Program-made: the position numbers and the translations under genes
Assembly: GCA_977017575.1 (NCBI GenBank)
Contig: CDRNVI010000056.1
Span: 1-64,000 of the forward strand
Direction: 5' to 3'
DNA from: Paramoeba atlantica
Taxonomy: Eukaryota > Protista > Discosea
DNA length: 64,000 nt
The notes under the pieces: model-generated
What the model was told of the DNA's origin: nothing
Databases searched by the model: none
The model's input: the letters and a program-made list of their open reading frames with translations, nothing else
Part shown: positions 33,329-45,013 of the stretch, in pieces
Position numbering within the stretch: position 1 is the stretch's first letter
How the letters are laid out: each line of letters opens with the position of its first letter

Positions 33329-34248
33329 CTGTTTATAAATATGCAATGCGATGAATATCGTTTCGGACTAAATATGGTTTTGTAAGCTTGAGTGAACGAG
33401 TTAGTCGTTTATAGGAGAAAGACAGAAGCGTACAGGGTTGGTGTATTTACATTGATCCCGATTTTACTCCTCATTTAGGGCGTGCGTATTTATATTCATC
33501 TGGATTTGATTGGTGCTTGCGGATTTTACTTAGACTTGCCCATTTGTTTTTTATATAATGTGTAAAAACCTTGTACATATTGACTTGGAATGATATAGAT
33601 ATTGACTATGAAATGTACAATAATTGTACCTGTACTATGCTTGCCAATTTATAACCACTTACTCGCGCATATAAACTTATTTTTACGAATCCAAGTAAAC
33701 ATGTAAACATTTATTACCAAATAGTGGTATGTGATAAAAAGGGAGATCAACTGAACGTGACGTCGAATCGAAGCGTAGCTTACTTCTCCTTTTCCACATA
33801 CAATGTATTCGCAAAGTGAGACTATAGTCGTCTCGAGAGACTAAGTTTATAGTATAAACCTAAGTAGTATAATATATTACTCTTGAAAAAGATATTCAAA
33901 ATAATACTAAATATCCGAATGTACTTCCTGTAACCCATAGCTACTGTCTCGCATCTCGATTGGATGTGTAGTGCGCAGGAAATCCAAATTTGCAGGTGCC
34001 TTTTTTTCTTCAATATCACCACAACTTGGAATTAGTAAGTTGGATGACCTGAAGTAGCATCCCAACTAGTCCGCATGGTGAAGATATACCTTCACTATCG
34101 GTACTTACACTGTAAACGGGAGTATATAAAGTAGTACGTTCGTCTAGCGTTCGTTTTATTTATTTGTGCCAAACGAGATGCCTCGGCGTCGGCATACCCG
34201 GTGTTCGGGACGAAAGCATCTGCCACGTTGCCTGGTTTCTTTATTACC

Positions 34249-35060
34249 CTAAGGCCTCTCTCCTTTATGGAGGATAGTAAAACCCTCCACAGTAAAAACC
34301 TTTACTGTAGGGTAATGGGCGCATCTAATGGCTGCATTAGATGCACCCATTACCCAACGTATCTCCAAATCGAAGTCGTGTTCGGCGATAAGTACCCAAA
34401 TTTCTCTTATTATCTCACATGTCAATATGGATTTGCTGTAGCCTCCCTGGATGGCAGCTTGCGCGGGCATACAGTCGGTAGCCAAAATAAGTAGCCCCAA
34501 TCTCTCATGTTGGGTCTTTAATAATAATACTGGTCCCCAACATACACGGTGAGCTAACGATGCTGACCACGTATGACCCATCGGAAGAACTGTGGGCACA
34601 ACAATTTCAGTGTTCAGGTCAATGCCCATAGTCCTCGAAAACGCATCGCAAATCGGTAATTGGTAAAACCTGTGTCGCAACGATGTTTGTTGCGCAGAGG
34701 TCCAGCTCCGCCTGAGACAAGTTCCCTCTAAGACGGTTTCTTCTCCCTTTCCCAGTGCTCCCGCCACCATAATCCTCATGCTCTGCTTTTGTGGCTACCT
34801 TTCCCTGCGGTTTGACGGACGCGACAAAGGTCTCTGAAAGGCATGGTGAAGATTATATACCGATGAGGCCTGGTAGGGTACCTTCCTTACTTGCGTCTTC
34901 GGAAACGCTGTTTCCCCCTTCTTTGGCGCCACTTTTCTCTGTTTTTTTCTCTGTTTTTTCAGGGCGGAGTAAACGGGAAGCAATTTCCAGTAGAAGCTTT
35001 CCGCTTACCTTTTTCTCATCGCATTTATCCGCTTCCTCTCCTTCTTCGCGAGCATGTTTC
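34249..35060 (-). mobile_element. Tyrosine-recombinase retrotransposon (DIRS/VIPER/TATE-like) fragment with internally deleted RT-RNase H
   Basis: LRHRFYQLPI and VLPMGHTWS (RT), fused to ATDCMPAQAAIQGGYSKS..EIIREIW..LEIRWV (DIRS-type RNase H). A charged, gag-like segment lies upstream. Confidence 0.65.
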
Positions 35061-35310
35061 ATCTTCTCTGCATTTTGACACAGTTCATTTTTTAAAGCAA
35101 GCTATGCTTCCTTATGCTTCACTGTCCCTATTACTTCCTTCCACTCGCTGTGCATTAGCTTGACGTGTTGGATGAGCACAGAGTGAGAGCGCTCTGCTGA
35201 ATTCTTTAAAGCTTTAAAACCAAATCCTTGCAATTTCTTTTTAGGATGGAAAACAATTTACCCGTTTGGTCGAAAACCGTGGCACTATAAGTGGGGGGGG
35301 GGCACAGTAC

Positions 35311-35799
35311 GGCTATGTCTCTACTTCGTTGACGGGTCAATCAATTGGCTGCCACTTCGTTGACAATCGGATTTATTGTCGAAGTGGCTGCCAATTGGTT
35401 GACCCGTCAACAAGTGTGATTTGATCAACGCTAAGACCTGTTACATTTGCGATCCGCAAAACTGTAGAGGAGGGAGGAGGCGGAGTCTTCTGCCTTTTTG
35501 CCGTAGCGACGACGACTTCCTCGCATGGGAATCCGTAAGGAGCCCCACAACAACAAGGAGCCTAGGATCTGCTTTGGAAACACGGAATTGGGGAGCTGTT
35601 AGGATTGGGTGAAAATTTTATTTCCTGAAAATTTTTCATCGACTCAAACACAGTTTTTTTCATTGTTGCATTTCGTGAGCAGAAAATTCATACTCGTTAA
35701 CGGGTCTACCAATTGGCTGCCACTTCGTTGACAGTCGGATTTACTGTCAACGAAGTGGCAGCCAATTGGTTGACCCGTCAACGAAGTAGAGACGTACCC
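35311..35799. mobile_element. Merlin-type MITE
   Basis: 30-bp TIRs GG(C/G)TA(T/C)GTCTCTACTTCGTTGACGGGTCAA; perfect 8-bp TSD CACAGTAC (35303-10 / 35800-07); internal hairpins. Confidence 0.85.
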
Positions 35800-35932
35800 C
35801 ACAGTACTTCCCAAAAAATGGCCAAGTTTTGTAAATGCCAGATCCCCCCATATCTAAGTCCTCTGTGGTATCCACTTTCATTTTATTTTGTAGATTGTTT
35901 TAAAGGCTATTCTTTGCACTATACTACACTCT

Positions 35933-36694
35933 ATGTCTCACAGGACATTTTCACGTATTCTGTGTGCAGCTGAGGATATTACATCGTCACGTACCGGTCG
36001 GATTCGTGGTGTCAACGTCCCACAAGAATACGAACTTGCAAACTTTATCAAAGATGTCGGAAATACCGATCCCTCTTGGAATACCAACACGCCGGCATGT
36101 GAGTGGTATCATGTGATATGTGATGAGGGAAATAAAGTATCTAGGCTGGACTGGGGCCGTATCTATGTACTGCGGGGCCATATCTGTTTGAAATTTCTCC
36201 CTCACTCAGTGCTCGAAATTCATGTTAAACACAATAAACTTACTGGGGAATTACCTCTCAAGGACTTGCCTCCTGCAATTACGATCATTGACCTTTCCTA
36301 CAATAATTTCACTGGATCAATCGATTTGACATGTTTACCGCAAACATTGCGACAGCTAGTCCTCCGGCGGAATAAACTATCAGGAAACGTCGATTTGGGC
36401 CGTCTGCCCCTAAATCTTGAGTTCCTAGCGATAAATGACAATGCCTTTACGGGAACTCCGGATTTACGCAGACTCCCCCCAAATCTATCCTATCTTGATC
36501 TCAATAGAAATCAGTTGGCAGGCTGGGTAGAGTTTGATTCATTACCTTCAGGTCTGCTGGGTCTATGCCTGACTGGTAATAAAGAACTTCAAGGTGAGGT
36601 GAAGAATAGTGTTTTGCCTCAGAGTCTAAATCCTTTCTTCGTAGAGATTCAGGACACGAAAATTACGTACATTAAGGATGTAGAATTTTGTTGA
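35933..36694 (+). CDS. LRR protein, subfamily A
   Basis: Paralogue of 9571 and 32540; ORF intact. Confidence 0.9.
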   Translation: MSHRTFSRILCAAEDITSSRTGRIRGVNVPQEYELANFIKDVGNTDPSWNTNTPACEWYHVICDEGNKVSRLDWGRIYVLRGHICLKFLPHSVLEIHVKHNKLTGELPLKDLPPAITIIDLSYNNFTGSIDLTCLPQTLRQLVLRRNKLSGNVDLGRLPLNLEFLAINDNAFTGTPDLRRLPPNLSYLDLNRNQLAGWVEFDSLPSGLLGLCLTGNKELQGEVKNSVLPQSLNPFFVEIQDTKITYIKDVEFC

Positions 36695-36863
36695 GTGGTT
36701 ATATTTGAAATGAAAGACGAATAGGTATCATAGTATATGGGGGTTATTAAGGGGCATGTTACATCATTCTGAGGATTGACTCAATCAGATTGATTAGATA
36801 ATATTATTGGGACATTTTTTTAGTGAAGAATGTTTTGTTAAAAAGATGGATTATTTCTTCAGT

Positions 36864-37010
36864 AATTACGGTGGTTATGTAACTACCGGTCTACCTTCGA
36901 TTATTGCAAAAAAAAGTGAAAAAAAACAGTGAAACTATAAAGAGGAACACAGTAATATAATAGAAGAAAATATACTAAAGGGGGCCACGGTGGTCCCAAA
37001 CTGAAAAAGA
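36864..37010 (+). repeat. Head segment of the Helentron/HINE-like family
   Basis: ATTACGGTGGTTATGTAACTACCG..CGATTATTGC..AACACAGTAATATAATAGAAG matches 29321 and 58245. Confidence 0.65.
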
Positions 37011-37595
37011 AGCGGGGGTCCTTGTACGATGCCCACGTCTCATCGTGAGCAAAAGAGGTGTGTTTGCTTCAGCACCGCAGATGAAGCAAAGCTTGCGGGA
37101 AGCGTATTCTATAATGGGACCAAGCGCAGCAAAGGGAACCCCAAGAAGCGGAAGTACGGAAATGAAAGTTTCTCAAGCAAGTAATAAAGTAAGTGCTTGT
37201 TTCGAAACTTGTTTTGTATGATCTTTGTATTTTATGATCAATTAAAAAAAACGAAGTTGAATGATTCAAGATTTTGCATCCACACATTTTTTTGCTTGGC
37301 TTTTTGCTCACCGTAACAACCGTTTCCAAGAAGGCGATTCCGTTTTCGGCCTGAGCTGAAAACTGGGCTTTCGGCTGGCAAGGTCAGGGCTTATTGAGAT
37401 CAGATGGGGAGAGAGGAGAACGAGGTTGGTCCGGTGCGTTGGGAAGTCGGGAATAGGAAAGGGGTTGAACGCGAAGGTTACTGTGGCGAGGTGGGGAGAT
37501 AGGTGAAGGGGGTAGGTCGACAGGTTTGCCGTTCTCGTGTGAAGTGAGTGACGGTGTGAGGTGATCGGAGGCGAGAGGAACTTCGTTGAACTCGG

Positions 37596-37597
<2 letters not shown>

Positions 37598-37626
<29 letters not shown>
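37598..37626. repeat. (GA)n microsatellite
   Basis: Read directly. Confidence 0.95.
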
Positions 37627-37628
<2 letters not shown>

Positions 37629-38111
37629 GAAGGTTGAGCAGGATGGTTATGTTCCATGCCTGCCCTTAGTCTACTCCTTCCTCGGAGCACCATCAAGTAG
37701 TCGACGGAGCGAGATGCGCAGTACAGTCCGAAACTTTTTGAACAGCTCAGTTTCTCACCGTTTCGTACGACAGAGAATATCATAAAACTACTTCAACAAA
37801 CGAATTCTTTAAAGCCCTTACTCAAATGAGTGGCACCGGATATGATCTCGCGTGCTCTAACATGATCTCGCCTAATCTGGTTTTGAATTTGTTTCTTTCC
37901 CCCCTAATTTCGCTTCCCTTGTGCCTCAACCGCAACCACTCAAATGATGCATTTGCACCACCTACATCTGCAAATGTCCATCACCGGTAATGAAGATCTG
38001 TAGATGTATGTCACCTGTAAATGCTGGAATGATCCTGGAATGACATTTTCTTTTGTCAGTATTTCTTCTTCCGTGGCATTTAGTCTAGTATTTTGTGAAC
38101 ACACATAACTC

Positions 38112-38954
38112 ATGATTCACAATCCCGTGCCCTCGGTCTTCTCCTCCTGCCGCACAAAAGATGTATCAAATGTTGACACAACGCGCAGTCGTCCCGGCAA
38201 GGTCAGGGGATCTAATTTACCACAGGAATATGAACTTTCACAATTTGTTGCGAATATCGAAAATCCGTATCCTTCTTGGAACACGTCAACCCCTGCGTGT
38301 GAGTGGAAAGGTGCGTGGTGTGATACAGAGAAAAAGGTGAGGTATATTAATTGGCATTCTTTCATCGGACAGCAGCTGAGAGGATCACTGCAATGGAACT
38401 ATTTTGTTTTTACCTTACACGAATTCCGGGCACCGTACAACAAACTTACGGGAAACGTCCGTTTGGATATGTTGCCATCTAAGTTTGTGGAATTTAGTAT
38501 TCCCAGTAACCTTTTTACCGGGGGATTGGAACTATGCGACTTACCGGAAAGCCTAGAAGAGGTTCAACTCTATAGGAATGATTTCCAGGGAAGTATAGAC
38601 ATGTCCTGTCTGGGGAAAAATATACGTACCTTGAAGGTATCGCGCAACGATTTATCGGGGGAAATTGATTTCACAAGCCTGCCGTCATGTATAGATTTCA
38701 TAAGCCTATCCCACAACAGGTTTACTGGACCACTGAACTTGCAGCATTTGCCTTCGTCACTTCGATACCTGAAATGTGGCCATAATCTATTCTCTGGATT
38801 GGCAGAGTTTCATAGTCTTCCACCAGGATTGGAGATCATTTCTCTCAGAAATAACTCTGCGCTTTACGGGGATATCAACGATTCCGATCTGCCTGGCACA
38901 CTTTACAGTATTAAAGTGGATGGTACGAACATAATGGCGAAAAACATAGACTAG
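38112..38954 (+). CDS. LRR protein
   Basis: RPGKVRGSNLPQEYELSQF..SWNTSTPACEWKG..C N-cap plus LRRs. Confidence 0.9.
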   Translation: MIHNPVPSVFSSCRTKDVSNVDTTRSRPGKVRGSNLPQEYELSQFVANIENPYPSWNTSTPACEWKGAWCDTEKKVRYINWHSFIGQQLRGSLQWNYFVFTLHEFRAPYNKLTGNVRLDMLPSKFVEFSIPSNLFTGGLELCDLPESLEEVQLYRNDFQGSIDMSCLGKNIRTLKVSRNDLSGEIDFTSLPSCIDFISLSHNRFTGPLNLQHLPSSLRYLKCGHNLFSGLAEFHSLPPGLEIISLRNNSALYGDINDSDLPGTLYSIKVDGTNIMAKNID

Positions 38955-39183
38955 ATTTGTGTACTATAATTCGTGTGAGTTCTGAGAACTCAACGATAAG
39001 TATACATATAGTATATCATATAGTATACGTATAGTATATCATATAGTATTTCTATTCAGAAAGCTTCTCCTTCTTTTCATTACAATTTTCGCTATTGTGG
39101 CTGGTATCTTCTTGAGTGATGGTTGATATAGTTATTCGTAGGCTAAACTTCATTTTTTACTCACTTATCGCGCTTGACTTGAC

Positions 39184-39984
39184 ATGCCCGATTCTTCACC
39201 ACCCCTACTCCGCCGAGGAAAGGCGAGAACTAAACTCCCAGCGGAGTATCATTTAACCCAATTCTTACACGAAGTTCGTGTGCGTAGAGGAATGCACATG
39301 AGTGTAGAAAACACACACCCCTCGTGGAATGTAAATACTCCCGCGTGCAAATGGGATGGCCTGCACTGTAATGAGCGTGAAGAAATTGTCAGAATAGCGT
39401 GGTCAAATCGCGATCTCAGTGGGACGCCCGATTGGATACATTTATCTCGTGTAGAGTGCTCTGAGGTACATCTTTCTCTTAATGCATTAGACGGCGAGAT
39501 TCCGCTAAAATTCTTACCACCGAACATCATTTGGTTCACCGGTACCGGAAACAAGTTTAATGGCACATTAGAATTAGGAGAAATGCCAGAGCACCTGCAA
39601 GTGTTCAGTCTGAGTTACTGCGACCTCCATGGCTCCATCTCATTACAACATCTCCCTCATGGTTTCCTGGCTTTGCAGCTAATGCGCAACCATCTCACGG
39701 GTAGTCTCGACTTGGGAAGCTTACCCACCACGATGGATTCGTTGGACTTGTCATTCAACGGCTTCTCCGGGCCCGTCAATTTGCACAGTCTTCCAGTTCT
39801 CATCCGGGTGTTTCTGGACAACAACCCGAATCTCAGCGGCGAGTATGATCCATTCCGCGCGTACGTCTTCCGTTATACTATTACCATAGAAGGGACGCAA
39901 ATCAAGCGAATACCTTCAGGCGCCTCATTGCCGTATTGCCTGCCTCTACGGTACGCATTCGACTCTGATGTATGGAAATTTTAG
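39184..39984 (+). CDS. LRR protein (paralogue of 1244-2026)
   Basis: Same N-cap, and shared C-terminus LPLRY(A/V)FDS.VW.F. Confidence 0.9.
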   Translation: MPDSSPPLLRRGKARTKLPAEYHLTQFLHEVRVRRGMHMSVENTHPSWNVNTPACKWDGLHCNEREEIVRIAWSNRDLSGTPDWIHLSRVECSEVHLSLNALDGEIPLKFLPPNIIWFTGTGNKFNGTLELGEMPEHLQVFSLSYCDLHGSISLQHLPHGFLALQLMRNHLTGSLDLGSLPTTMDSLDLSFNGFSGPVNLHSLPVLIRVFLDNNPNLSGEYDPFRAYVFRYTITIEGTQIKRIPSGASLPYCLPLRYAFDSDVWKF

Positions 39985-41779
39985 CAAGAAGAATCTTGCT
40001 CTCTATCTTCTTTCTGAAGATCTAAACTTTGCCCACGTTTGATACTGGTAAGAGGAACGTTTAGGAAAATGAAAACTGAATAGTGATTCGCGCATTCATG
40101 AGTTTCACAATTTGGCTTGCTTGATAAGGTAGGTGAATCGATAGAATTGGTTCAGTTAATCAACAAATATGGTGATCTGTGCGCTAGTGCGCTTCGGGTT
40201 GAAAACTACCTCTATGTTTTGACAAACTAGCTAAGAATAGCGATATTTCTTTTTAAGTCGTAGTATACGAAACACAAGAAAGTAAAAGTAGAATCATGTT
40301 TTTGAGAACAGCGCTCCGCGAAGCGGTGAGATTTTTTTTTTAAAGCAGGGAATACAATACAAAAGCAGGGAACGGCGTAGGGAAGGGCTGCAACGGCGTA
40401 GAATTTCCTTAGGGACCCGCCAACTGCTCCGGGGAAGGGGGTAGTCCTCGATCCTCGGTTGGGGCGACCTGGGTAAGTGGGGTGGAGGACCCTGGGGGAC
40501 TACAACCTACAGACTGCTCTCCACTCCGGGGTGCTGAGTGCGGGGAGCCTACGACATTTGCAGCTGTCGCTATACCCTCAAGGATCGTCCCACTGGGGAT
40601 CGGGGTGGGTCCAGGATTGGCCTCAATGCACCTCCTACGGAGGTTTTTCCTATAATAAGATACTTTACAATTCCTAATAATTGTCTTCTAAAAATAGAAA
40701 ATATAATCTACAATCTGTCTAATAGAGTTATTCTCTCGGTTTATGACCAGCTCTATGCACTAGATCGATAATTTACCTCATTTACACAGCTGATTTCAAC
40801 AAAAGGTTGAGCAAATCACTCTTTTTGGTCCAAAGAAAGAATAAATTTCAAGTTTTTCGGCGAAAAAAACATGATTTGTCATCGATTTTCTTAGAGGCGT
40901 GACTCTGGGCGGGAGCGCCTGGAAGCGCCAAGGACCTTTATCTTAATATTTCTTTTTAATTTTTCTTAATCTTGTTTTGTTTCAGTTAGAGGATGTCGTA
41001 ATCATGTTGTTGGAAATGTTTAGCCTACAAGACTTTATCATGGTTTCGAGTACATAAATATTTTAGAATGTACCAGCGCGGTCATCCCTAGGTGTGGGAA
41101 CCCTCCATTTTTTGATTTTTGTTTTCAATTTTGGACCGACGGAGCCGTTTTATATCTTTTTGACACATGGTAGGCTAACTATGGAGTGTTCATTGTCACT
41201 GGTGAGCCTGCCCACACATCACTCTTCGCCGCTCTCCTCGGAGCCCCCTGGCTGCCCTCCTCGCCTGCCCTCTGGGCCTTCGCCCTCACTCTTGGCCAGC
41301 CTCCTGGCCACTCAATTCGACCCCCTGCCCCGCCCTCTTCGCACCCTCCTTCACCCGTGCGCCGCCCCCCTGACCGCCCGTGAGGAAAGTCCGGTGTCTA
41401 CCTGTATGATCGAGCGTTTCGACGCTCTCGTGTTAGAAGATCACGCTTCGCGTGGAGAACCGGCAGCGCGACCTACGCGTGAAGTAGGAAGCCATAGTTC
41501 TTCGGAGTCAAAAGGCTTGAATCACACACACGCACACACACATTGGTGAAAACCTAGAAGAGCCTTGCGTCCCCGTAATCGGGCGGAGCGCCAGAGCCGG
41601 AGTGGTACTTGCGGCACTTGCATGGGGGTATTGCAAGTGCTCTTATTACCAACAAAACCAACAACAATTTAAGCCATTCATCTCTTTCTGACGCAGTGCA
41701 AAATGCCTTATTACCGCACCCGAATGATAGCCGAGGCCCAATCTGTCGCTTTCTTGGACAATCTTTTAGAACATAGAAA

Positions 41780-42530
41780 AAGGTGTCCCCCCATGTCCCC
41801 CTATAGAGGGGTTTATGTTGCTTGTCCTCAAATTACCAAGTCCGAACTCCGATTTTGGAAATATTTGGTATACCACCGTTTTTCGACCCAATCATTCCGA
41901 ATCCGAGGTCCGTTTCACTCGAGCTACCCCCTACCCCCCTTATCCAGGTAGGGGTCAAAATGAAGGCGAACACGATTTTTAAGGTAAATTTTTGAATATT
42001 TTTTGTAAAACAGTGACTTGAAAGCCAGATAAGAAGTATGTAAGCAGGTAGAAAGCTCGTGATTAGTGCTCAGTTAAGTGTCTCCTTGCCTTCTCGCCCT
42101 CCAAAAATTCTTGGGATGGCTTTGCAAAACGTTTTCAGGCAATTCTGGTTCATCCCGAAAATTATTCAGGATAAAGCGGGGGGTTGTGAAAAAAAATGGA
42201 CAAAATATTAAGAAAAATATTTATTGATAATGATAGCGCTTCTAATAGGTGGCAAAAGGCGTGCACATCTCATGATGTACGTGTCGTGCAGGAGGACACA
42301 CGGGACGAGATAGTTCCGTCGTGTAAAAGCGAAGAAGAGTGAAAAATGACGCAAGAAATAGGTGTTCTGTAAAAATCATGGTTTTTAGCCCAAATTTTTG
42401 CGGTTTCGACATGAACCAGTTTTCCACGAGTGAAAAGGACCTCGGATTCGGAACGATTCGGTCGAAAAACGGTGGTATACCAAATATCTACAAAACCTGA
42501 GAAAATACAAGACCTGTAGGGGGGTACATA
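41780..42530. mobile_element. Long-inverted-repeat non-coding element (MITE-like)
   Basis: 41855-41925 is the reverse complement of 42425-42495, with looser pairing further out. Ends and TSD not resolved. Confidence 0.55.
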
Positions 42531-42652
42531 TCGTGCTCACCACTGTATATTTTTCCAAGCAAGATCTCATTCTAAAAGGAACGAATTCACCTTCTTTTCT
42601 CTTATTTAGAACTTGACCTTCCCATGTTTTTTTTCGCCGGCATGGAGGTGTA

Positions 42653-42968
42653 CACCCCCGCCAAAAAGTATTGTCCACAAAAATGGCCGACACAAAAAGT
42701 ATTGTATTTATTAGTATCGACCATTTTTTTGAGTTTTGACCAGAATTTTAGTTTTTTTCTCGAACTTTCCAGAAATTTACATAATGAGTTCTGATATACG
42801 CGGCCACTTGATCGTGATATACGTTTACAAGGATCCCATATGATAATGTCCAACTTTTTGGAGGCCAGTGGCAATTCGTGGAAATCGAGAAAAAATATTG
42901 TATTTATTAGTATCGACCAAATATTCGTGGTCGATACTAATAAATTACAATACTTTTTGGCGGGGGTG
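42653..42968. mobile_element. Tc1-type MITE
   Basis: TIR CACCCCCGCCAAAAAGTATTGT, with TA on both sides. Confidence 0.85.
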
Positions 42969-44029
42969 TATACTACTTGTCCGATGCCCATCTACATACG
43001 CCCGTGTTTATGTAAGGAGGTACCTTGCATAGTGTACTGTCTGTCTGTCTCGTCTATATGAGACCTCTACAAACAGTCAAACGCAATAAAATCTTCGGCG
43101 CAGAGCTCGATCTTGGGCCGATTCAGTCATATACTTTCTCTGAATAGGAAGAATACACCATACATTTTCGCTGAAAGATCCCTTCCTAAGCACAAGCGTT
43201 TCTGCGAAGAGAAACTGCGAGCGCGGACGCTCGCCCAAGGGGCCCTTGACGCCGCTGGTTAGCGGCATCTTTTAAGAATGATGCAGATCCCTGACGATGT
43301 TCATTTCCTTAGAGCACAATTTCGAAGAAGTACTATCAGCATTCTTGAAATCACACAAGACGTAATAAAAGTAACAGGATAGATCTCCAAATTTAAGTGG
43401 ATCCTCAACGTTCCCAGACTGCACTTTCTTCGCACCTGTCTCATTGTGGTCAAGCTTAATTGGCTTGGTCCATCAACCACCCGCTGATTAACAGCGTCGC
43501 GCAGTTCGTTGCTAATACGGTGCGCTGCTCGTTGCCGAGACATTGGAGTAATATCTGATATTTGACTTATCTGCGGTCATATCAGGATAGTAACTTCATT
43601 AATGAACAGTTTAAATAACTAACAGTTATGACTTTCATTTAATGTATACGAGCATGGGAAAAAATGTGGGGAATAGTAAGAAGTTCTATAAAAGGTACGA
43701 AGGTCCTTACATAGGTCCCAGAGGCACAATAACATCGTATTCTGCACAATAAAGCAGAACCTCTGTATTAGTAGCGAAAAAATCCCCCTGTATCACTTAG
43801 AACACAATTACACTGGTAGAATCATTAATATTTCAAAACTTCAATAGGGCATAAACGGGCACCACGAACGATTATTTCAGTGATATGTAGCCGAAATGAT
43901 CGATACACTCAAAGCTACGGAATGAATAAGAAAGCTTTGATGAGTGTTCGTAAGACGATATGGAAACGTTCGTAACATCAATAATCTAGATTTGATAAAC
44001 CGATATAACGCTTTCTATTACTTTTTTCG

Positions 44030-45013
44030 ATGAAATATCTTCGGCTTTGTGTGCTGCCCTTAAGCGTTCTTTTATTTGCTCAACATCAGTGTATTGTCGC
44101 ACTGGACGAGTCCCGGCAGGCACCTCCGCAGAAAAGACGAAAATTTGGTAGCAAAGTCAGCTCCGTGACATTGTCTGAAATCGACATGATGCGTCGCCTT
44201 GTGCAGCATCTCACGGATTCCCCTGCATCATGGAAGAAGCGATCCTCTGCCTGTGCTTGGAAAGGCGTCAAGTGCAATTCTGAATCACGGGTCACACATC
44301 TCCATTGGGGACGCTTCGATCTCTCTGGGAACATCACGTGGAGTTACTTACCTCCGAATGTAGCGGAAGTTAACGCGGAATCTTCAACCAAAACGGTGCT
44401 AACAGGAGAGTTACACTCCGCAGACTTGACGACCCCATTGAGTCAGTTTGATGTGTTAGAGCACAAGCATCATGGAGTGTTCGATTTTACGTTACTTCCC
44501 GCACAGCTGAGAAAGCTTTACGTATCGTCGAATCGTCTGGTAGGTTCCGCTGATCTTACGCAGTTGCCCCAAAATATGTTCCACGTTTATGCATCGAACA
44601 ATCTTTTTGAAGGCCCTCTTGCTCTACATGCACTCCCTCCTAGCATGGAAGTACTTTACTTGGGTGGCAATCATTTGACGGGCACACTTGATCTTGATCA
44701 TCTCCCGCAATCAATGCGCATTCTTTCCTTGGAAAATAGTCATTTTATAGGTACGCTAAATGTTTCCTCAATTCAACACTTATGTACTCTTGACGTTTCG
44801 CACAATCAGCTTAGTGGCGTCGTAGATTTGACCACAAGCGGTTTAGACCGCACTATTATTGACCTTCGTGGAAACCTCTTTCACGCCCTGATCTACCACA
44901 GATTTGTCTCCAGAAAAGGCTTTCATCGTAGTGACAAAAATATGACGAGATATACTCCCAAAAAATACGCTGAGCTGCTCTCTAAGGTCGCTCGCGGAAC
45001 TGTTAAAGATTAA
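44030..45013 (+). CDS. LRR protein with a possible signal-peptide-like N-terminus
   Basis: Hydrophobic leader MKYLRLCVLPLSVLLFAQ, SW...ACAWKGVKC cap and ~7 LRRs. Confidence 0.88.
   Translation: MKYLRLCVLPLSVLLFAQHQCIVALDESRQAPPQKRRKFGSKVSSVTLSEIDMMRRLVQHLTDSPASWKKRSSACAWKGVKCNSESRVTHLHWGRFDLSGNITWSYLPPNVAEVNAESSTKTVLTGELHSADLTTPLSQFDVLEHKHHGVFDFTLLPAQLRKLYVSSNRLVGSADLTQLPQNMFHVYASNNLFEGPLALHALPPSMEVLYLGGNHLTGTLDLDHLPQSMRILSLENSHFIGTLNVSSIQHLCTLDVSHNQLSGVVDLTTSGLDRTIIDLRGNLFHALIYHRFVSRKGFHRSDKNMTRYTPKKYAELLSKVARGTVKD

Noticed and set aside
43077-43543. Possible IS630-like HTH fragment
   Set aside because: Only a vague resemblance, with no catalytic motif or TIR pair.
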